This document shows, piece after piece, positions 9,522 to 18,932 of a stretch of DNA of 64,000 nucleotides; within the stretch, counting starts at the first letter, position 1; each line of letters opens with the position of its first letter. The translations under genes were made by a program, and so were the position numbers. Origin of the DNA: an uncultured Eubacteriales bacterium (GTDB taxonomy: Bacteria > Bacillota > Clostridia > Christensenellales > CAG-138); the NCBI GenBank assembly GCA_902802575.1, contig CADCMN010000001.1:18410-82409 (forward strand), given 5' to 3'. The notes beneath the pieces are model-generated. The model saw only the letters and a list, made by a program, of their open reading frames with translations, made no database searches and had not been told where the DNA came from.

Positions 9522-11180
9522 TCAGTTGAAATTCACTTTGACGGCGTTATATTTCTTTTTGGTCCAGTATTCCAGCGCCCAGGGGGAGGTGCGATAGGTG
9601 TCGTTGGGATACGCGGTCACAGAAATATTTTTGACCTTGGTATAATTGAATGTTTTCGCCACGGCGATGGCCAGATCCTGCACCTTTATCATCTGGTTCA
9701 TCAGCGAGACCGACGCCGAGTTCAGGGAATTGCTCTTGCGCTTGGCGGCCTTGTTCGCTTCGCTGTCCGCGGTGCTGTATTGCTTTTTCAGAGCGCTCAG
9801 GGCGGATTTGAATTCCGCAAACTGGGCGCGCTGCGCATCGGTATACTTGGGGGTGCCGGGTTCTCCGTTTTCATCCACCTGGGCCGCTTGGCGATCATCC
9901 TCATCGATCAGCTTCTGCACGTAGGCTTTGAGCGGGTCGCAGATATCCATATACTGAGGCCGGAGCATCTTGCACCAGGTATATCGGCCATAGGCCAGGG
10001 AGTATTTGGGGTTGGTCTTGACATCCACGCCATAGATCTCTTTGATCAGAGCCACCCGTTCGGACTGCTTCGTGAAGACGAAGTTCCAGTGAAACAGAGT
10101 GGCCGAATCCCCGCTCATGGAATGGGCGCCGATGTTGTCCGGATCCAGCTTGTAGCCAAAGAGGGCCAAGGCGGCGGTCTGCTCCGGCGTGCAGTTTGTG
10201 AACAGCACTCCATCGAAAGAGGCCAGGATCTCGGGCACCTTCAAAACGAGATTCTCTTCCTTCATCTTTTTGAAGATGGCCACCATCATGTTCTTCTGCC
10301 GTTTGACACGGTTGCTGTCTCCGGTGGGCAGCTGCCCGTGTCCGGACTTGCGCACCCGCATATAATCCAAACAGGCCTGGCCGTCCATGTGCTGGAAACC
10401 GGCCTTATAGTAGCGCCCGCCGTTGTCGAAATTGCCTTCCAGGTTGTACCAAACGCCGCCGACGATGTCCACGATCTGTTTCACTGATTCCATGGTCACG
10501 GCATAATAGTAATCCACATTGATGCCGCCCAGCATCCATTCGGCCGCTTCGCACACCTTTTCGAACCCTTCCCCGTTCTCACAGAACAAGCCGTAGTTGG
10601 TGCCGTCCGTGCCGCAGTTGAGAGCCGCGTTGAGCTTGTATACGCCCTCCACGCCGGGAATGCTGGCATAGGTGTCTCGGGGCAGGGAAATGAGATCCAC
10701 CCGGTTTTCGTTGAAGTTGACGGCGCAGACGATCATCACATCGGAATGGAAGGAATTGCCGCCCTTGCCTGACCAGTTGTTGATCCGTGCCGATTCATAG
10801 TCCACGCCGATGAACATGATGTTGACGATGCCGTCCATCATGCCGGTGTCTGCCACCTTGGCAAGCTCTTCATAGGGCCCGGGCGTTTGCGTGGGTTGGG
10901 GGGTGTCTTCGATCATGGTCGGGGAGCACGATTCTGGTACAGGGACTTCTGTTGCGTCTATAGAAGGTGCAGCCACGGGCACGAAAGGACTTGCGGTGGG
11001 CAGGGGAGTCGCCCGGACTGTACGATCATCCGTGTTGAACAGATCCTGGCCGGAAAACAACACGCCGGAAATCTTTCCGCCAAGCAGGACACCCAGGGCA
11101 ACGGCCAATACCGCTGCGGCGGAAAGCAGCGCGTAGGTTCGGATGCGTTTTTTCTTTTTGGAATCTTTGCCCATTGACAT
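9522..11180 (-). CDS. LCP (LytR-CpsA-Psr) family glycopolymer ligase
   Basis: 552 aa. N-terminal TM anchor. LCP core NIMFIGVD..SDVMIVCAVNFNENRVDLISLPRDTY. Long C-terminal extension. Confidence 0.85.
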   Translation of the reverse strand: MSMGKDSKKKKRIRTYALLSAAAVLAVALGVLLGGKISGVLFSGQDLFNTDDRTVRATPLPTASPFVPVAAPSIDATEVPVPESCSPTMIEDTPQPTQTPGPYEELAKVADTGMMDGIVNIMFIGVDYESARINNWSGKGGNSFHSDVMIVCAVNFNENRVDLISLPRDTYASIPGVEGVYKLNAALNCGTDGTNYGLFCENGEGFEKVCEAAEWMLGGINVDYYYAVTMESVKQIVDIVGGVWYNLEGNFDNGGRYYKAGFQHMDGQACLDYMRVRKSGHGQLPTGDSNRVKRQKNMMVAIFKKMKEENLVLKVPEILASFDGVLFTNCTPEQTAALALFGYKLDPDNIGAHSMSGDSATLFHWNFVFTKQSERVALIKEIYGVDVKTNPKYSLAYGRYTWCKMLRPQYMDICDPLKAYVQKLIDEDDRQAAQVDENGEPGTPKYTDAQRAQFAEFKSALSALKKQYSTADSEANKAAKRKSNSLNSASVSLMNQMIKVQDLAIAVAKTFNYTKVKNISVTAYPNDTYRTSPWALEYWTKKKYNAVKVNFN

Positions 11181-11348
11181 TCTCCTTTTTCATTATCGTT
11201 ATCATATACTGCGAGGGCCGTTCTTTCTACATCATTATCCTTGATATTACAAACAGTTTACAAATCTGTGACATGTTCGATGATTTTTCTCTTCCTTTTT
11301 TTCAACGCTGTGGTATAATGAAAAAAGTTTTTTAGGAGAAACCGAAGT

Positions 11349-12380
11349 ATGATGATCGTTATCCCTGCCTACCAGCCCGATGAAAAACTGACTGGCGTGG
11401 TGGATACCCTGATTGAAAAAACAAACTTTCCCATCGTCATCGTGGATGACGGCAGCCGTGAGGACTGTCAGCCCCTGTTCGCGGCGCTTTCTCAAAAGGA
11501 TCATGTCACGGTTCTGCATCATGAAGTGAACCGCGGTAAAGGCGCCGCCTTAAAGACGGCTTTTCAGTATGTGTATGAGAACTGTCCCGAAGCGGAGGGC
11601 GTGATCACAGTGGACGCCGACGGACAGCATCTCCCGGACGACGTGCTGCGGGTGGCGGAGGCCTTTGCCAACCATCGCGACGCTTTGGTCACCGGTTCCC
11701 GCCGCTTCACCGGCAAGGTGCCCTTCAAGAGCCGGGCCGGCAACGCCATCACGCGATTTGTGTTTGCCATTTCCACCGGCGTGAAGGTATATGATACGCA
11801 GACCGGCCTTCGAGCCTTCTCCCGGGAAAACATCCCCCGCATGCTCTCCTTGAAGGGGGACCGGTATGAATATGAGATCAGCCAGCTGCTCTATTGCTGC
11901 CGGGAGATGATCCCCATCGTTGAGGTGCCCATCGAGACCGTCTATATCGAGGACAACGCCTCGTCCCATTTCCGCGCCCTTCGGGACGGCTGGCGCATCT
12001 ACAAGATGATCCTCATGTTCGTCAGCTCCTCGCTGCTGAGCTTTCTTTTGGAGTACGTCCTGTTTCTGTTCCTGATCTGGCTCACCAAGAGCTGGGCCCA
12101 GGCGTCCTCCATCCTGTTCTCCACGGCGATCTCCCGGGTGCTGAGCTCCATCTTCAATTACCTGTACAACAAGCGCCTGGTGTTCGAGGCGGCCAACCGG
12201 ACCAGCTTTCTCCGGTATACCGTCCTGGCGCTGTTCATCTTTGGATGCCATTATGGGCTGCTGTATCTATTCACGGTGCTCTGCGGCATCCCGGAGTGGA
12301 TCTCCTATGCCATCGTGCAGCTGATCGTCTACCCCATGAGCTTCGTGCTCCAGCGTAAATTTGTGTTTGTAAAGGATTGA
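11349..12380 (+). CDS. glycosyltransferase family 2 fused to GtrA-like membrane domain
   Basis: 343 aa. GT-A signature IVIPAYQP..VIVDDGS..VDADGQH. C-terminal 4-TM GtrA-like part (FNYLYNKRLVFE). Confidence 0.85.
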   Translation: MMIVIPAYQPDEKLTGVVDTLIEKTNFPIVIVDDGSREDCQPLFAALSQKDHVTVLHHEVNRGKGAALKTAFQYVYENCPEAEGVITVDADGQHLPDDVLRVAEAFANHRDALVTGSRRFTGKVPFKSRAGNAITRFVFAISTGVKVYDTQTGLRAFSRENIPRMLSLKGDRYEYEISQLLYCCREMIPIVEVPIETVYIEDNASSHFRALRDGWRIYKMILMFVSSSLLSFLLEYVLFLFLIWLTKSWAQASSILFSTAISRVLSSIFNYLYNKRLVFEAANRTSFLRYTVLALFIFGCHYGLLYLFTVLCGIPEWISYAIVQLIVYPMSFVLQRKFVFVKD

Positions 12381-12387
12381 GACCGAT

Positions 12388-13596
12388 ATGAGAGCAAGCA
12401 GTAAAAAACGGATCCTGCGCTGGGTCATCCTGGATCTATGCGCGTTTTGTGTGATGGCGTATCTCATCTGCGCTCAGGTGTTCCGCTTCTTCCCCTGGAA
12501 ACCGGTGGATATAACCGAAACGATGACCGTTTTGGCCACGCCGACGCCCGTCGTGACAACGCCCACACCGGCGCCCACCGACACGCCCACTCCCACCGAA
12601 ACGCCTGCGCCGACCACTGAAGGAACGGACGCCCCCGGCGGCAGCGATCCCCAGGCGGCAGCGAGCGCTCCGGCGGACACGCCCGAACCCACCGCAACCC
12701 CCGAACCCACGCCGGCGCCCACGGAGGAGCCCAAGGGGCTGCTTCGCGGTAAATATGCGGAGAAGTTCTCCGCCAGCCAGGTCGTTTCCACCGAAAAGGA
12801 ATATCGCAGCGAAAACGTGGCCATAGAGATGACCTCTAAAACCGGTTATGTGTGCAAAAAATGTTATCATACGTCGGAGAATTACGGGACCTGCCCGTTC
12901 TGCGGAAGCGAGTTGACCAACAAGTCCGGCAAGAACGGCAACAAATTGACCTATATGGTGGCGGATATCTACGTACAGGATGTCTCCAGCCTGCGGACCG
13001 CATACAGCGACAGCAATCAGAAGAGAGTTAAGGATATGTGCAAGGAGAACAACGGTCTCCTGGCCATCAACGGGGACATGTACATGACATCCCATAAAAA
13101 CAATTACGGATGGTTCGTCCGTAACGGGGTAGAGATCGCACGGCACAGCAAACTGCGCACCGATCTTTGCATACTGTATTCGGACGGTACCGTGGAGACC
13201 GTGGATATCCAGACCCAAACGGTGAACATTGAAGGTATCTACGCAAAGTACCCCCAGCAGATTTGGTACTTTGGACCGGCGCTTCTGGGGGCTGACGGCT
13301 CAGCCAAGGATACATTCACCATCGGCAGAAATGTGGCCGGCAACAATCCCCGTTCTGTATTTGGATACTATGAACCCGGCCACTATTGCTTCATCACGGT
13401 GGACGGCCGGGATAATGATAGGGGCATTTCCATGGCGGAGCTGTCCATGCTCTGCGCGGATATGGGCATGGCCGCAGCGTACAACATGGATGGAGGCGGC
13501 TCGTCCTGTATGTATTTTGCCGGAAAGAACTACGGGCAGAACACGCGCGGTACAACCGATATCGTCTACATAACTGAACCTGCAAAGGAGAATTAA
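12388..13596 (+). CDS. phosphodiester glycosidase (NAGPA/DUF2233) family protein with inserted zinc ribbon
   Basis: 402 aa. Signal anchor, Pro/Thr/Glu linker, CKKC..CPFCG ribbon, LLAINGDMY and AYNMDGGGSS family motifs. Confidence 0.8.
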   Translation: MRASSKKRILRWVILDLCAFCVMAYLICAQVFRFFPWKPVDITETMTVLATPTPVVTTPTPAPTDTPTPTETPAPTTEGTDAPGGSDPQAAASAPADTPEPTATPEPTPAPTEEPKGLLRGKYAEKFSASQVVSTEKEYRSENVAIEMTSKTGYVCKKCYHTSENYGTCPFCGSELTNKSGKNGNKLTYMVADIYVQDVSSLRTAYSDSNQKRVKDMCKENNGLLAINGDMYMTSHKNNYGWFVRNGVEIARHSKLRTDLCILYSDGTVETVDIQTQTVNIEGIYAKYPQQIWYFGPALLGADGSAKDTFTIGRNVAGNNPRSVFGYYEPGHYCFITVDGRDNDRGISMAELSMLCADMGMAAAYNMDGGGSSCMYFAGKNYGQNTRGTTDIVYITEPAKEN

Positions 13597-13598
13597 GT

Positions 13599-13904
13599 AT
13601 GAAAAAAAAGAAATCCGTTCCCCGCTGGCTGCAGATCGTTTCCACGGTTGTCGCCAATGCCGCCATCGTGCTGTCCGTCGTGTATATCGTCTTCTATATC
13701 CTTGACGGCTTCAATCCCATGCTTCATTTTCTGGGCGAGCAGGTAGCCGTCTCCAAGTATATGGACGTCATCATTGCCGGTGTGGCGCTTATTTTGGGCG
13801 TTCTGTTCCTGATCTGCACCTGGAAGATCTTCTATGGAAAGAAGGGCAAGAAAGCAAAGCGCATTCCCCAGTCTCAGTATGAGGAACAATACGCGGAGGA
13901 ATAA
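13599..13904 (+). CDS. small membrane protein
   Basis: 101 aa. Two hydrophobic helices, Lys-rich tail. Starts 3 nt after the upstream stop. Confidence 0.5.
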   Translation: MKKKKSVPRWLQIVSTVVANAAIVLSVVYIVFYILDGFNPMLHFLGEQVAVSKYMDVIIAGVALILGVLFLICTWKIFYGKKGKKAKRIPQSQYEEQYAEE

Positions 13905-13912
13905 AGCAAAAC

Positions 13913-13946
13913 CAAAAAAAACGGACGGCGGACCGTCCGTTTTTTT
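13913..13946. terminator. bidirectional intrinsic terminator
   Basis: A-run, cggacgg/ccgtccg hairpin, T-run, between convergent genes. Confidence 0.8.
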
Positions 13947-13963
13947 GTTGTGTATGGGTTGTT

Positions 13964-15208
13964 TTATTCCTGCGGCTTGGGCGCCCGCTTCCGATTCAGA
14001 TAGATATCCAGCTTATCCTTGATCTTGTCCGGTATCTCCCGCTTCACCGGGCAGCGGACGGCGTTGGCCATGCGGCCGGTGAACCCGGCGATGAACTCTA
14101 TATCTGTCACCACCTGCTGCGCGGAAACGATGGCGGGCGTATCGTACCGCTCATGGATGGACCCGGCTGTGGGCGGCGCAAGGCGGGCAAAGGACAGGCT
14201 GGGCACGCCCTTGTCGGCAAAGGGGGTGGAGTCGCTGGAATAGACGCCGCTGCGGGCGGCGATGGGGAAGCCAAGCTCGTCCGCCGTGTACTCCAGGAAG
14301 GATACCAGCCGCTCCTCCGCGGAGCAGCAGGCGATGAACTTGCCCATGATGCTGCCGATCATATCCAGGTTGATGTTCAGCACCACCTTCTCCAGATCCT
14401 TTTCATGGTCGGCACAGTAGGCCTTGGAGCCCAGCAGCCCCAGCTCCTCACCGCCGCACCAGATGAACCGAAGACCGCGCCGGTGAGGGGCTTTGATAAA
14501 CCGCTCCGCCACCCCCAGGATGCCGATGGAACCGGTCATATTGTCATAGCTGCCGCAGGAGAGGGGCGTGGAATCGTAGTGGGCCGTCAGCACGATCCAT
14601 TCGTCGATCTCACCCGGGAGCTCGGCGATCAGATTGTGGGCGTCGGCCTCATAGGCTTCCTGGTCGATTTCGATGGAGGCTTGCTGTCCGTTCCGGGCGA
14701 CGATCGGCATGGCGTCCTTGACGTTGATGTTGACGCCCAGGATCTTCTTGCCCAGACTGGTGGCCGGGCGCAGGGTCTTTTGGTCAATGTCACGATCAGG
14801 GCAGCTGTATCGGCCCGTGAAGGTGATGAAGCCCAGGGCGCCGTTTTCCAGCATATCCTGATAGGTCCACATCTTCAGGGGCTGGTCTGTCAGCACGATG
14901 CGATCCCTGCACAGGGACAAAGACAGGGCGTCGGTATCCCGCAGGTAGTAGAGGGGGGCTTCCACCTTGCCGCTGCCGCAGCCGATGTATGCTTTACAGG
15001 GATATGCCGTTCCATCCACGGTCAGATGGGCGCAGCGTATGTTCGCGCGCTCGATGGGGAAGGCTTCCACTCTGGTGGTCAGCCCGATCCTCTCACACAC
15101 TGCCTGCAAATAGGACAAGCATTTCATTTCTTCGGGACTTGCCGCCGTGTGGGGGTAGGCGGTGTCCTTCAGGATCCGTTTCACGTCGTTGATTTTCAAC
15201 ACGATCAC
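13964..15208 (-). CDS. M28 family metallopeptidase
   Basis: 414 aa. LTAHYDS, DNMTGS and WCGGEELGLLGSKAY metal-ligand contexts. Confidence 0.75.
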   Translation of the reverse strand: MIVLKINDVKRILKDTAYPHTAASPEEMKCLSYLQAVCERIGLTTRVEAFPIERANIRCAHLTVDGTAYPCKAYIGCGSGKVEAPLYYLRDTDALSLSLCRDRIVLTDQPLKMWTYQDMLENGALGFITFTGRYSCPDRDIDQKTLRPATSLGKKILGVNINVKDAMPIVARNGQQASIEIDQEAYEADAHNLIAELPGEIDEWIVLTAHYDSTPLSCGSYDNMTGSIGILGVAERFIKAPHRRGLRFIWCGGEELGLLGSKAYCADHEKDLEKVVLNINLDMIGSIMGKFIACCSAEERLVSFLEYTADELGFPIAARSGVYSSDSTPFADKGVPSLSFARLAPPTAGSIHERYDTPAIVSAQQVVTDIEFIAGFTGRMANAVRCPVKREIPDKIKDKLDIYLNRKRAPKPQE

Positions 15209-15321
15209 CTGCCTTTCTTATGAAACAGAATACCACAGAAGCTCAGGTAAAACAAGTGAGATCAATTTCAAAAAAAGGCTTGCAAATTATTAGACGATGC
15301 TGTATAATCTTTCTTGCGCGC

Positions 15322-15398
15322 GGGGATGTAGCTCAGCTGGTTAGAGCGCTGTGTTCACATCGCAGAGGTCTAGGGTTCGAGTCCCTACATCCCCACCA
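15322..15398 (+). tRNA. tRNA-Val (anticodon CAC)
   Basis: Manual cloverleaf. Acceptor GGGGATG/CATCCCC, D stem GCTC/GAGC, anticodon stem CTGTG/CGCAG with loop TTCACAT, T arm TAGGG-TTCGAGT-CCCTA, discriminator A, encoded CCA. Confidence 0.9.
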
Positions 15399-15437
15399 AA
15401 GAAACAGCCACCCAATGCGAGACACCGATAAGGAAGT
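15375..15437 (+). repeat. left arm of interrupted long palindrome (tRNA-Val T-loop through 3' trailer)
   Basis: Inverted match to 25517..25582 in three identical blocks: gttcgagtccct (12), accaaagaaacagccaccc (19), accgataaggaagt (14). Confidence 0.85.
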
Positions 15438-15583
15438 AAACAAATCATATCGGGTTTCGCAGTAAGGGCAAAGGATTTCGGAGAGAGTGAAAAAGCTCTC
15501 TCCGATTTTCATGTTTGCACATTTGTGTTTCTGTGAAGATGCTGATATGCTGAAAGCAGAAAAACACAAAGGAGGTGTGAAAC

Positions 15584-15958
15584 ATGGAAAAGTACATTGT
15601 GGATGAGCAGAACGGATTGGAGTATGAATTGGTCGGGGATTATTACATCGTCGCCGGTGAGGACGAACCGCCGGCGAGACCGATCGGCGTATGGGGCACT
15701 ATGCGGCGCGACTATCTGAAACGGTACCGGCAATCGCTGTATTATCAACTGTTGCTTTCGGGCAAACTGAACGATCACCTTGCCGACATGGAAGAACAGG
15801 CGCAGGATTTGATGTGGACGCTGACAAAGCAGATGGCAAAAGCTGAAGGCGTGACTGAGGAATTGAAACGCAAAGATCAGATGGCGTGGGTAGGCGCGAT
15901 GAACAGCATTCAATCTCGCGTGAGAGAAATAGTTAATCATGAATTGATTTTCTCATAA
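15584..15958 (+). CDS. tnpV: TnpV family protein
   Basis: 124 aa. Family-typical IGVWG..R.YLK..R...Y..LLLSGKLN.HLAD..EQAQ..., AEGVTEELK..DQMAWVG.MN and ELIFS C-terminus. Confidence 0.8.
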   Translation: MEKYIVDEQNGLEYELVGDYYIVAGEDEPPARPIGVWGTMRRDYLKRYRQSLYYQLLLSGKLNDHLADMEEQAQDLMWTLTKQMAKAEGVTEELKRKDQMAWVGAMNSIQSRVREIVNHELIFS

Positions 15959-15970
15959 CAGCCGTATGAG

Positions 15971-16006
15971 AATGCTCGTCGGATTCGTACCCGGCGAGCA
16001 TTTTTC
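15971..16006 (+). terminator. intrinsic terminator after tnpV
   Basis: aatgctcg..cgagcatt hairpin followed by ttttt. Confidence 0.75.
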
Positions 16007-16016
16007 ACAGATTCGG

Positions 16017-17027
16017 TCAGGATTGCAGAGCTTTCAATACCTCTCCACTGTCGCCGTCGATACAGATGGAGTACGGCTTGATCTGCTTCGGGCAGATCGC
16101 TTCGTTATAGTTTAGACAGGCGTAGACCGCATTCGGGTTCTCCACGGTCAGCGCCCAGAAGGGGTATTTGATGATGATCGGCGTATTGGCGCCCACGCCG
16201 ATCTCTAAGTACAGAACGTGCTTTTCCTTGCACGATTCCAAAAAGGCGGCGTAGCGAGCCGACGCTTCGCGCCAACCGGCGTCTTCCACGAAGGTATCGT
16301 CGGCGCGCAGATTCATCGTGACCGCGCTCCCGTCGTCGGGGCAGCGCGGGATCAGTTCGTGGGGAAGACGCATGGAGATCAGCCGATCCCTCGGAATCTG
16401 AAAGACACCGTTCCCGTCCGGAATAAAGCGCTGGGCAGCCATTGCTTTGATTACCCAGTCCCGATTGTCGTACGTCTTGCCGTTTTTTCCGCTGATCGTC
16501 TGGAACAGCCCGTAATCCCCCTGCGTATAGAACAGGCGTTTTTTTTCGAAGCCCGCACGCTGAAACTGATGATCCACGTTGGTGGTGATCACGAAATAGT
16601 TTTTATCCTTGACCAACGCAAGCAGATTCTTATAAACCGGCTTCGGCGCGTCGATATAGCGGTTATAGTAGATATGCCGCGCCCACCATGCCCAGCGTGT
16701 TTCCTCGTCCGGGAACGGATAAAAACCACCGGAATACATATCCGTAATCCCAAACTGCTTTTTGAAATCGAAGAAAAACCGCTCGAAGCGTTCGCCGGAA
16801 TAGGTCAGTCCCGCGGCAGTGGACAGGCCCGCGCCCGCGCCGATCACGATCGCGTCGGCCGTCTCCAATTCGTGTTTCAGCAGGGCGATGTTCTCCTCAC
16901 GGCTGCCTGTTCCGTAGGAAAGTCCGGCGCGGAACGACCGCACTGCGGCAAGCCCCTTTTCGATTGTTTCAAGATACCCATTGGGCTGTTCATGATAAGA
17001 GCGCTTCATAGTATCTTCTGTCCTCAT
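16017..17027 (-). CDS. SIR2 family protein, SirTM-like (macrodomain-linked sirtuin)
   Basis: 336 aa (start may be Met-7 at 17009). IGAGAGLSTAAGL, ITTNVDHQF and YTQGDYGLFQ motifs. Overlaps the upstream macro gene by 20-38 nt. Confidence 0.8.
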   Translation of the reverse strand: MRTEDTMKRSYHEQPNGYLETIEKGLAAVRSFRAGLSYGTGSREENIALLKHELETADAIVIGAGAGLSTAAGLTYSGERFERFFFDFKKQFGITDMYSGGFYPFPDEETRWAWWARHIYYNRYIDAPKPVYKNLLALVKDKNYFVITTNVDHQFQRAGFEKKRLFYTQGDYGLFQTISGKNGKTYDNRDWVIKAMAAQRFIPDGNGVFQIPRDRLISMRLPHELIPRCPDDGSAVTMNLRADDTFVEDAGWREASARYAAFLESCKEKHVLYLEIGVGANTPIIIKYPFWALTVENPNAVYACLNYNEAICPKQIKPYSICIDGDSGEVLKALQS

Positions 17028-17796
17028 CCTTGAATACGTTAAAGATCACGCGGTCGATCTGCCCTTCGTGCGTTTGCATCCAATCCTCAACCGCTTGAAC
17101 CGCGATCTCGGCGGCACGCTGCTGTGGAAAGCCGAACACACCCGTGGAGATACAGCAGAACGCGACAGAGCGCAGCCCTTTTTCGGCGCACAGATTGAGC
17201 GTGTTGGTGTAGCAATCCGCTAAGTCTTGTTCCAACGCAGGGGTGAGCCGACCGGACACGATGGGGCCGACGATGTGGATCACTTTCTTGGCGGGCAGGT
17301 TATAGGCGTCCGTCAGCATGGGCACGGCGGTCGGCTGCTCGTAGCTGCTGCCGTATCTTGCCCGCAGCCGATTCATCTGCCGATTGCACTCCGCGCGAAG
17401 TTGGACACCTGCAAATGTATGAATACAGTTGTCGATGCAGGTGTGCATGGGCACAAAGCAGCCCAGCATCTGCGAGTTGGCGGCATTCACAATGGCGTCT
17501 ACAGAAAGGCGCGTGATGTCGCCCTGCCAGATGGAAAGATAATCCCGAATAACGGGAATCTCCTTGACCGTTACGATCCCTTTTTCGGCATTCCGTTCGA
17601 TCAGATATTCGTCTTGGATCGCAAGCACCTCGTCCGGCAGCGCCTTCGGCAGACGAATGTTCATCAGAGAGCGAAGAATCCTTCGCTTTCCTTCCGAATC
17701 GGAAGGCGTCTGCAGGTCTCGGTATGTACCGGAATCTTCTTTGAAAGCCTCCACCAGATAGTCGAGGCGCTGATCGTTTGTCATTTTCTCATTCAT
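16990..17796 (-). CDS. macro domain protein (protein-ADP-ribose hydrolase, MacroD-like)
   Basis: 268 aa. WQGDITRLSVDAIVNAANS, IHIVGP and SVAFCCISTGVFGFP motifs. Confidence 0.85.
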   Translation of the reverse strand: MNEKMTNDQRLDYLVEAFKEDSGTYRDLQTPSDSEGKRRILRSLMNIRLPKALPDEVLAIQDEYLIERNAEKGIVTVKEIPVIRDYLSIWQGDITRLSVDAIVNAANSQMLGCFVPMHTCIDNCIHTFAGVQLRAECNRQMNRLRARYGSSYEQPTAVPMLTDAYNLPAKKVIHIVGPIVSGRLTPALEQDLADCYTNTLNLCAEKGLRSVAFCCISTGVFGFPQQRAAEIAVQAVEDWMQTHEGQIDRVIFNVFKDEDRRYYEALLS

Positions 17797-17801
17797 GTGC
17801 G

Positions 17802-18428
17802 TTACCTCTTTTCCACAGCGCTAACAGGACAGACCTCCATACAGTTTCCGCAATGCAGGCAGTGCGCCTGATCGATCACCAACGGTACGCTATCCACACA
17901 AATGCACTGCTGCGGACAGACCGGTACACAGGATCGACACCCGATGCAGGCGTCCGTGATGAAATATCCCTCAGTTTTTCTCTCTGCGCCGCCGAAGGTG
18001 AAGGACGCCCGCTCAATCGGCTTCTTGGAAAGATCGAACCATTCACCGCTGCCCTCATAGATGTGGAAAACGGTCAGCGCGTGCATGGACTCCTCTGTGG
18101 GATAGATCTCCCGCATATACGGGTTCTTTTCAAAAAGCATCGATATCGCTTCGTAACCGAGTTCTCTGACCTTTCCTCGAATGGAAACCGCAACAGAGGT
18201 CATAGTCGTTTCGCCCTTTATTGCGGTCAAAGCAAGAAAGCCACGCTTCTTGAGACGGTCATAGAAGCCCTTGCCTTTTGCTGTGAGGAAATATAATCCG
18301 TTTCCATCGCTGTCCATCATGTCGATGGCGGCGGTCACAGGCAGGCCTTCGTCATCTACCGTTGCGACAACAGCCGTATGGATTTCATTTACCAAGTAGG
18401 CGAGATAATCTTTCGTATTCATATCCAT
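17802..18428 (-). CDS. pyridoxamine-5'-phosphate-oxidase-like flavoprotein fused to 2x[4Fe-4S] ferredoxin domain
   Basis: 208 aa. N-terminal split-barrel-like region. C-terminal CIGCRSCVPVCP and CLHCGNCMEVCP. Confidence 0.75.
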   Translation of the reverse strand: MDMNTKDYLAYLVNEIHTAVVATVDDEGLPVTAAIDMMDSDGNGLYFLTAKGKGFYDRLKKRGFLALTAIKGETTMTSVAVSIRGKVRELGYEAISMLFEKNPYMREIYPTEESMHALTVFHIYEGSGEWFDLSKKPIERASFTFGGAERKTEGYFITDACIGCRSCVPVCPQQCICVDSVPLVIDQAHCLHCGNCMEVCPVSAVEKR

Positions 18429-18476
18429 GACTTTCGTGCAAAGAACGCCGGACGACGCTTTTGAAGTCCCTCGTTC

Positions 18477-18917
18477 TCATTCTCCATTTGCGATCCTTTC
18501 CAACGCGCCGTTTTTCAAGTCCTCGATGGTATATCGCTTCATCTCGTCCTCCATCGCGCATTGGATCGCTTTCAGCTTGTCATCCAAAAGCGCATGAATG
18601 TTACGTCCCACGGGACAATCCGGGTTAGGACTTTCATGGAAATGGAACAGATCGCCGTTTTCTACCGGCTCAATCGCTTCGTATACATCATAAAATGTGA
18701 TATCGGCAAGCGGTTTTGTGATGATTATGCCGCCGGTGCCTCGCAGAACTTCGATCAATCCCGCACTTTTCAACTGCGTCAGAATCTTGCGGATGATCAC
18801 GGGATTGGTGTTGATCGACCCTGCAAGAAAGTCACTTGTAACCTTATATTCATCCTTAAAGACTTCCACACAAGTGAAGATATGCAGCGCCACCGTGAAT
18901 CTGCTTGAAATCTGCAT
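18477..18917 (-). CDS. Rrf2 family transcriptional regulator
   Basis: 146 aa. N-terminal MQISSRFTVALHIF winged-helix signature. Confidence 0.8.
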   Translation of the reverse strand: MQISSRFTVALHIFTCVEVFKDEYKVTSDFLAGSINTNPVIIRKILTQLKSAGLIEVLRGTGGIIITKPLADITFYDVYEAIEPVENGDLFHFHESPNPDCPVGRNIHALLDDKLKAIQCAMEDEMKRYTIEDLKNGALERIANGE

Positions 18918-18932
18918 GAATACCGCCTCCTC

